A stretch of 31,430 nucleotides of DNA from an uncultured Bacteroidales bacterium (GTDB lineage: Bacteria; Bacteroidota; Bacteroidia; Bacteroidales; UBA932). The notes under the pieces are model-generated. The model had not been told where the DNA came from, searched no databases, and was given only the letters and a program-made list of their open reading frames with translations. The stretch's first letter is position 1, and each line of letters starts with the position of its first letter. Both the position numbers and the translations under genes were made by a program. Positions 26,472 through 31,430 of this stretch are shown here, in pieces. The stretch lies in the NCBI GenBank assembly GCA_964292095.1, contig CAXYUL010000001.1:1-31430 (forward strand), given 5' to 3'.

Positions 26472-27245
26472 ATGAGATATAAAGCGTTAGATATAGTAAG
26501 ACCAATAGAGGAATTAGCTCCAATTTACACTAAAGAATCGTGGGATAATTGTGGCTTTTTAATAGGAGATAAAGATAAGTATGTTAGTTCGGCACTTTTA
26601 GCTCTAGATTGCACAGAAGATGTGGTAGATGAGGCAATTAAGAATGGTAATGATATCATTATTACGCACCACCCATTAATTTTTTCGCCTTTAAAAAGTA
26701 TTACTCCTTATACTTTAGCAGGTAGGACAATAGAGAAGGCTATAAAGAATAATATAATTATTTATGCTGCTCATACTAATTTAGATAAAGCCGAGCAAGG
26801 CTTAAGTAAGTTAATGGCAGATAGTTTATCTCTGATAAATTGCAGCGTGCTGTCTAAAGATGGTTTTGGCCTTGTTGGAGAAGTTAAGCCAGAAAATAAG
26901 CTATACTTTCCCCAATTGATAGAACTACTAAAGAAGCAATTTAAAGTAGATATTATAAGGTGCTCTAAGCCAATTAATAGCTTAATTACTACTATTGCTG
27001 TTTGTAGTGGCTCTGGGCAGCAGTTTATAGGTGATGCTATAGAAAAAAAGGCTCAGGTTTATATAAGTGGAGATATAAGTTATCATAACTTTTATGTTCC
27101 CAATAACATGCTTGTTATTGATATAGGCCATTACGGAAGTGAATTTGGAGTAACAAAATTTTTATACAACTTAGTTTCTAAAAATTTTGCTAACTTTGCG
27201 GTTTCAATAACAGAACAAAATAATAATCCAATATATTACTATTAA
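26472..27245 (+). CDS. Nif3/YbgI-like dinuclear metal-centre protein (DUF34), short form
   Basis: WDNCG, IITHHPLIF, HTNLD, GSG and DIGHYGSE motifs. Confidence 0.92.
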   Translation: MRYKALDIVRPIEELAPIYTKESWDNCGFLIGDKDKYVSSALLALDCTEDVVDEAIKNGNDIIITHHPLIFSPLKSITPYTLAGRTIEKAIKNNIIIYAAHTNLDKAEQGLSKLMADSLSLINCSVLSKDGFGLVGEVKPENKLYFPQLIELLKKQFKVDIIRCSKPINSLITTIAVCSGSGQQFIGDAIEKKAQVYISGDISYHNFYVPNNMLVIDIGHYGSEFGVTKFLYNLVSKNFANFAVSITEQNNNPIYYY

Positions 27246-27254
27246 AGCTAAGAT

Positions 27255-28076
27255 ATGGCTACAAGTAAAAAAATTAACACAGTTGTAACTCCTAGTGGGG
27301 GGGAGACTTTTGCGTCTTTGCAAATTGCCAAGAATCTGGATACAGAAATAAGCATGGAGGTAAAACTCCAACTTCTTTACAAATTGCAGCAAACAGACTC
27401 TAAAATAGATCAAATTTACCTTTTAAGGGGAGAACTTCCTCTAGAAGTGCAAGATTTGGAGGACGATATACAAGGCTTGCAGACTAGATGTATGAATCTG
27501 CAAAAGGAGATTAAAGAGATTGAAGCTCTTATTGCCCAAAAAAAACAAGATATAATTTCTGGAAAGTCTCTAATTGAGAAATATGAGACGCAAAGAAATA
27601 ATGTTAAGAATAATAGAGAGTACGACTCATTAACAAAGGAGATAGAGTTTCAAGGTCTAGAATTGCAACTTTGCGATAAAAAGATTATAGATAACACTAA
27701 GTTATTAGCTGAGAAAAAAGAGGCTTTGGCTTTAGTTCATCAAAATCAAAAAGGAAGGGAGCAAGATCTTGTAAATAAAAAGAAAGAGCTAGAGAATATT
27801 ATAGAGGAAACGCAAAAAGAGGAGCAGAGCCTTTTAAAAGAATCTGCAGAGCTAGAATCTAAAATAGAACCTAGATTGCTTAATGCGTATAAAAAAGTTA
27901 GGTCTAACGCAAGGAATAGATTGGCAGTTGTAACTGTAAAACGAGATGCTTGTGGTGGATGTTTTAATAAGATTCCTCCTCAAAGACAGATGGATATTAT
28001 GCTCAGCAAAAAAATTATTGTTTGCGAGTATTGTGGAAGAATATTAGTAAGTTCAGATTTTGAAGAAAATAGATAG
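27255..28076 (+). CDS. Coiled-coil protein with C-terminal C4 zinc ribbon (DUF164, CT398/HP0958-like)
   Basis: Long coiled coil followed by CGGC...CEYCGRIL; lies downstream of a Nif3 gene, as is usual. Confidence 0.9.
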   Translation: MATSKKINTVVTPSGGETFASLQIAKNLDTEISMEVKLQLLYKLQQTDSKIDQIYLLRGELPLEVQDLEDDIQGLQTRCMNLQKEIKEIEALIAQKKQDIISGKSLIEKYETQRNNVKNNREYDSLTKEIEFQGLELQLCDKKIIDNTKLLAEKKEALALVHQNQKGREQDLVNKKKELENIIEETQKEEQSLLKESAELESKIEPRLLNAYKKVRSNARNRLAVVTVKRDACGGCFNKIPPQRQMDIMLSKKIIVCEYCGRILVSSDFEENR

Positions 28077-28084
28077 TTAAGGAA

Positions 28085-29305
28085 ATGGAGATTCAACCTT
28101 ACATTTTAAGGGATCTTTTCTTTAACTGCGTAGCTCAAACATCCCCTTCTCCTCTTGGTTTAAATATCCATAGGGCAGAGGGGGTTTTTTTGTACTCTCT
28201 GCAACCAGATGGCGTTTCTGAAAAGAAAATTATCGACCTTATATCGGGCGTTTCTGTAAGTAATGTTGGCCACTGTAACAAAGAGATTATTAATGCAATT
28301 AATGCGCAGGTAGAAAAGTATTCACACATAATGGTTTACGGAGAAATGATACAAGCTCCGCAAGTTATGCATGCCTCTGTTCTAAGTTCAATTTTACCTC
28401 CAAGCTTATCTTGTGTATATTATGTAAACTCTGGAAGTGAAGCAAACGAAGCAGCTTTAAAATTAGCTAAGAGGGTAAGCGGTAGAACAGAGATGATTAG
28501 CTGTTATAATGCCTATCATGGAAGCTCGCACGGTGCCTTAAGTATGATGAGCGATACGGCTTTTAAGCAATCATTTGAGCCTCTTTTGCCAGAAGTTAAA
28601 TACATAAGGTTTAATAATTTAGAAGATTTAAGTATAATTAGTACTGCAACTGCTTGTGTATTAATAGAGCCAGTTCAGGGCGAGGGCGGAGTTAATGTTG
28701 CAACTAAGGAGTATATGCAAGCATTAAGAGAAAAATGTAATCAAACAGGCACTTTGCTCATTTTTGACGAAATTCAAACTGGCTTTGGGCGAACAGGAAA
28801 AATGTTTGCATTTGAAAATTATAATATTCTTCCCGACATATTAACTTTAGCAAAAGCACTAGGTGGCGGAATGCCTTTGGGAGCTTTAGTAGCATCTAAA
28901 GAACTGATGAAAGCTTGGCAAAGTAAACCAGTTCTAGGACATATTACTACATTTGGTGGACATCCTGTTTCTTGTGCGGCAGCTTTGGCCTCTCTTAAAA
29001 TCTTACTTAGGGAAAATTGGATATCGGAAGTAGAAGAAAAGAGTAAGAGATTTATTAAGGCTCTAAGTGCTCATTCTCAAGTTAAAGAAATTAGAGCAGC
29101 TGGACTTTTAATCGCAATTGATTTAAAAAGTTTTGAAAAGGCTCAAAAAATACTATATTTGTTGCTTGATGATGGTGTTCTTACTGATTGGTTTTTATTT
29201 CAGGGAACATCTTTTAGAATAGCTCCTCCCTTATGTATCTCAAATGAAGAAATTGATTGGGCTCTAGAGAGGATAATTGGAGCACTGGATAAATTGGATA
29301 ATTAA
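28085..29305 (+). CDS. Class III PLP-dependent aminotransferase (acetylornithine-aminotransferase-like, substrate not assignable)
   Basis: NSGSEANE, AYHG, EPVQGEGG, FDEIQTGFGRTG, AKALGGG and TTFGG motifs. Confidence 0.88.
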   Translation: MEIQPYILRDLFFNCVAQTSPSPLGLNIHRAEGVFLYSLQPDGVSEKKIIDLISGVSVSNVGHCNKEIINAINAQVEKYSHIMVYGEMIQAPQVMHASVLSSILPPSLSCVYYVNSGSEANEAALKLAKRVSGRTEMISCYNAYHGSSHGALSMMSDTAFKQSFEPLLPEVKYIRFNNLEDLSIISTATACVLIEPVQGEGGVNVATKEYMQALREKCNQTGTLLIFDEIQTGFGRTGKMFAFENYNILPDILTLAKALGGGMPLGALVASKELMKAWQSKPVLGHITTFGGHPVSCAAALASLKILLRENWISEVEEKSKRFIKALSAHSQVKEIRAAGLLIAIDLKSFEKAQKILYLLLDDGVLTDWFLFQGTSFRIAPPLCISNEEIDWALERIIGALDKLDN

Positions 29306-29319
29306 TTGTCGGGAAGCTA

Positions 29320-30825
29320 ATGGCTAAAATAAATTCAAAAAAAGGGCTAAAAGAGTCTGAACAAATAAAAAATGTAGAAACAGTTGGCTTGGAATCTGGA
29401 AAGAAACCACCTCAAGCTGTGGATATAGAAGAGGCTGTACTAGGAGCGCTTTTATTGGAGCCACATTCTGTTGCAGATGTGTTGGATGTGCTTGTCCCAG
29501 AGTGCTTTTATAAAGAATCTAACAGAAAAATTTTTAAAGCTATTAGTGCTTTAGCCTTACAGCATGCGCCGGTAGATATCTTTACAGTTGCGCAAGAGTT
29601 AAAAAAGACCGATGATTTAGAGGAGATTGGGGGGCCTTATTATCTATCTCAGTTGAGTATGAAGATAGGGGCTGCTGCTCACTTAGATTACCACACTAAA
29701 ATACTAGTTCAGAAATATATTCAAAGAGAGTTAATTTCTATTTCTTACCAAGTACAGAAAGAATCTTTTGATGATTCTATTCCAGTAGACGATTTATTGG
29801 ATTCAACTCAGCAGAAGATATTCAATTTGGCAGATAGAAATATGAAGCGAGAGACTCAGAGTGTGCAAGATGTTTTAAATGAGGCTATTGGAGAGTTAGA
29901 GGCAGTACAAGAGAGAACAGATGGCCTAAGTGGAGTTCCAAGTGGCTATACGGGTATAGATAGAATTACTTATGGCTGGCAAGCTTCTGACCTTATAATT
30001 ATTGCGGCTCGTCCTGCAATGGGTAAGACAGCCTTTGTTTTAACTATGGCTAGAAATATGTCGGTTGAGCATAAAGTTCCTGTTGCTGTTTTTTCTTTAG
30101 AAATGTCGGCAGTGCAATTGGTAAAGAGGCTTATGACTAGCGAGACCGGTTTGTCTTCTGAAAAAATAAGAGGAGGAAAGAAATTAGAAAGCTATGAGTG
30201 GGAGCAGCTAAATACTCGATTAAACCAACTTTCTCAGGCTCCATTATACATAGATGATACTCCATCTCTTTCTATTTATGAATTTAGATCAAAGGCACGT
30301 AGGTTGGTAGCATCAGCAGGTGTTAAGTTAATAGTAATAGACTATTTGCAACTTATGGCTGGACCACCAGAGCTAAAAGGAATGAGAGAACAAGAGGTGT
30401 CAACAATTTCTAGATCATTAAAAGCAATAGCCAAGGAGTTAAATATTCCAATAATAGCATTGTCTCAGTTAAGTAGAGCTGTTGAAACAAGAGGAGGAGC
30501 AAAAAAACCACAATTAAGCGACCTTAGAGAATCTGGTGCTATTGAGCAAGATGCTGATATTGTAATGTTTATTCACCGTCCAGATTATTATGGTATGGCA
30601 GAGGACCCATCTCAAGTAGGTTTGTCTGAGATAATAATAGCAAAACACAGAAATGGAGCAACAGCAGAGGTTCCAATGAGATTTAGGTCGTCTGAGGTTA
30701 GATTTGTTGATGTAACAGATGCTGCCTTAGATATACCTCAGCAAAATGAAGATTCGTCTGCCTTATATAGTTCTAGACTAGGGGGAGAAGAAAGCGAATT
30801 TGACCAGGCAAATGATTTTTTTTAA
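29320..30825 (+). CDS. dnaB: Replicative DNA helicase
   Basis: AARPAMGKT Walker A, FSLEMS, IDYLQL, LSQLSR, DLRESGAIEQDAD and KHRNG motifs. Confidence 0.98.
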   Translation: MAKINSKKGLKESEQIKNVETVGLESGKKPPQAVDIEEAVLGALLLEPHSVADVLDVLVPECFYKESNRKIFKAISALALQHAPVDIFTVAQELKKTDDLEEIGGPYYLSQLSMKIGAAAHLDYHTKILVQKYIQRELISISYQVQKESFDDSIPVDDLLDSTQQKIFNLADRNMKRETQSVQDVLNEAIGELEAVQERTDGLSGVPSGYTGIDRITYGWQASDLIIIAARPAMGKTAFVLTMARNMSVEHKVPVAVFSLEMSAVQLVKRLMTSETGLSSEKIRGGKKLESYEWEQLNTRLNQLSQAPLYIDDTPSLSIYEFRSKARRLVASAGVKLIVIDYLQLMAGPPELKGMREQEVSTISRSLKAIAKELNIPIIALSQLSRAVETRGGAKKPQLSDLRESGAIEQDADIVMFIHRPDYYGMAEDPSQVGLSEIIIAKHRNGATAEVPMRFRSSEVRFVDVTDAALDIPQQNEDSSALYSSRLGGEESEFDQANDFF

Positions 30826-30844
30826 GAGTAAGAAGATAAAAATT

Positions 30845-31430
30845 ATGAGATGCTTATTTGTACTTATTTATATATTGTTTCTACCATATTTTGGCTTTTC
30901 ACAATCTAGTGAGCCATATAAAAGTGGAGAGAGTCTTACTTATATCTTAAATTATAAGTGGGGAGCAGTTAATACCGATGTTGGAGAGGCGGTAACAGAC
31001 TTAAGCTACAATAATGGTATGTTCCATAGTGTAATTAAAGGTAAGACATATAAGTTTTATGATGTTTTTTTTCCTGTAAGGGAACATTTTGAAAGCAAGT
31101 TTTATGCTAATCCTATAAAACCATATTATTTCTTTAGAAATACATCGGAGGGTAAGTATAGGATAAAGAACCATTTCTATTTTGACACTATTAATAATGT
31201 TATAAAGGCTACAATACAGCATTACGACAAAAGCCCTATTGATACCACTCTTAAAATATTTAACAATACTTTTGATTTAGTTTCGCTATTTTATAAGGTG
31301 AGGAATATAGATTTTCATAATCTTCCTAGAGGAGTTAGGCATCCTATATCATTTGCTATTGATGATGATGTATATAATTTTTACTATATATATTTAGGTA
31401 CTGAGATTAAGAAGATTCCTAAGATAGGCA
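30845..31430 (+). CDS. Secreted DUF3108-like protein, 5' part (runs off window end)
   Basis: Manual translation, open to the window end: MRCLFVLIYILFLPYFGFSQ (signal-like), then GESLTYILNYKWG...FYDVFFPVREHFES...RNTSEGKY...DLVSLFYKVR. Absent from the ORF track, presumably because it has no stop in the window. Confidence 0.72.
   Translation, partial: MRCLFVLIYILFLPYFGFSQSSEPYKSGESLTYILNYKWGAVNTDVGEAVTDLSYNNGMFHSVIKGKTYKFYDVFFPVREHFESKFYANPIKPYYFFRNTSEGKYRIKNHFYFDTINNVIKATIQHYDKSPIDTTLKIFNNTFDLVSLFYKVRNIDFHNLPRGVRHPISFAIDDDVYNFYYIYLGTEIKKIPKIG

Noticed and set aside
29320-30825. Intein in DnaB
   Set aside because: 501 aa with contiguous helicase motifs; no insertion.
13-31222. Short opposite-strand or nested ORFs in the track (13-246, 554-922, 756-947, 944-1156, 4340-4531, 7853-8095, 9643-9828, 10086-10325, 10548-10811, 10821-11012, 11548-11763, 12133-12384, 12502-12723, 14345-14560, 14915-15118, 15580-15789, 18957-19247, 19323-19640, 20045-20257, 22726-22959, 26284-26523, 27204-27413, 28135-28329, 31001-31222)
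   Set aside because: Each lies largely antisense to, or over, a well-supported gene and has no recognisable motif; these are shadow ORFs.
1-31430. tRNA, rRNA, IS/transposase, integrase, prophage or defence genes
   Set aside because: Intergenic gaps are short (about 200 nt or less) and show no cloverleaf or rRNA-like sequence by eye, and all long ORFs are otherwise explained. A tRNAscan/Infernal run would be the formal check.

Overview
AT-rich Bacteroidota (most likely Bacteroidales) core-genome window. Taxon inferred from the secY-map-infA-rpmJ-rpsM order without adk, TAnnTTTG promoters, and BACON and GSCFA genes. 1-10123 is the distal S10, spc and alpha ribosomal-protein superoperon (rpmC' to rplQ). 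Then follow GSCFA/queG/BACON (-), an SDR threonine dehydrogenase-like gene (+), lptG/tgt (-), a DUF151-UVR protein and a CNT transporter (+), alaS-lptF-fmt (-), and a long + run (two M23 peptidases, MerR, Nif3, zinc-ribbon protein, class III aminotransferase, dnaB, DUF3108-like partial). I found no rRNA, tRNA, CRISPR array or mobile element, and I cannot support a new multi-gene system. The best leads are regulatory: a structured 120-nt rpsN-rpsH spacer, strong Shine-Dalgarno motifs at several r-protein genes, a probably leaderless queG, and an A8 tract at the queG/GSCFA junction. Five conserved genes also carry apparent lesions (rplN, rpoA, the tgt catalytic Asp, an in-frame stop in lptF, alaS). 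These are most simply base-call errors, so check the reads before reading biology into them. Family assignments and consensus motifs come from recall; no database search was run.
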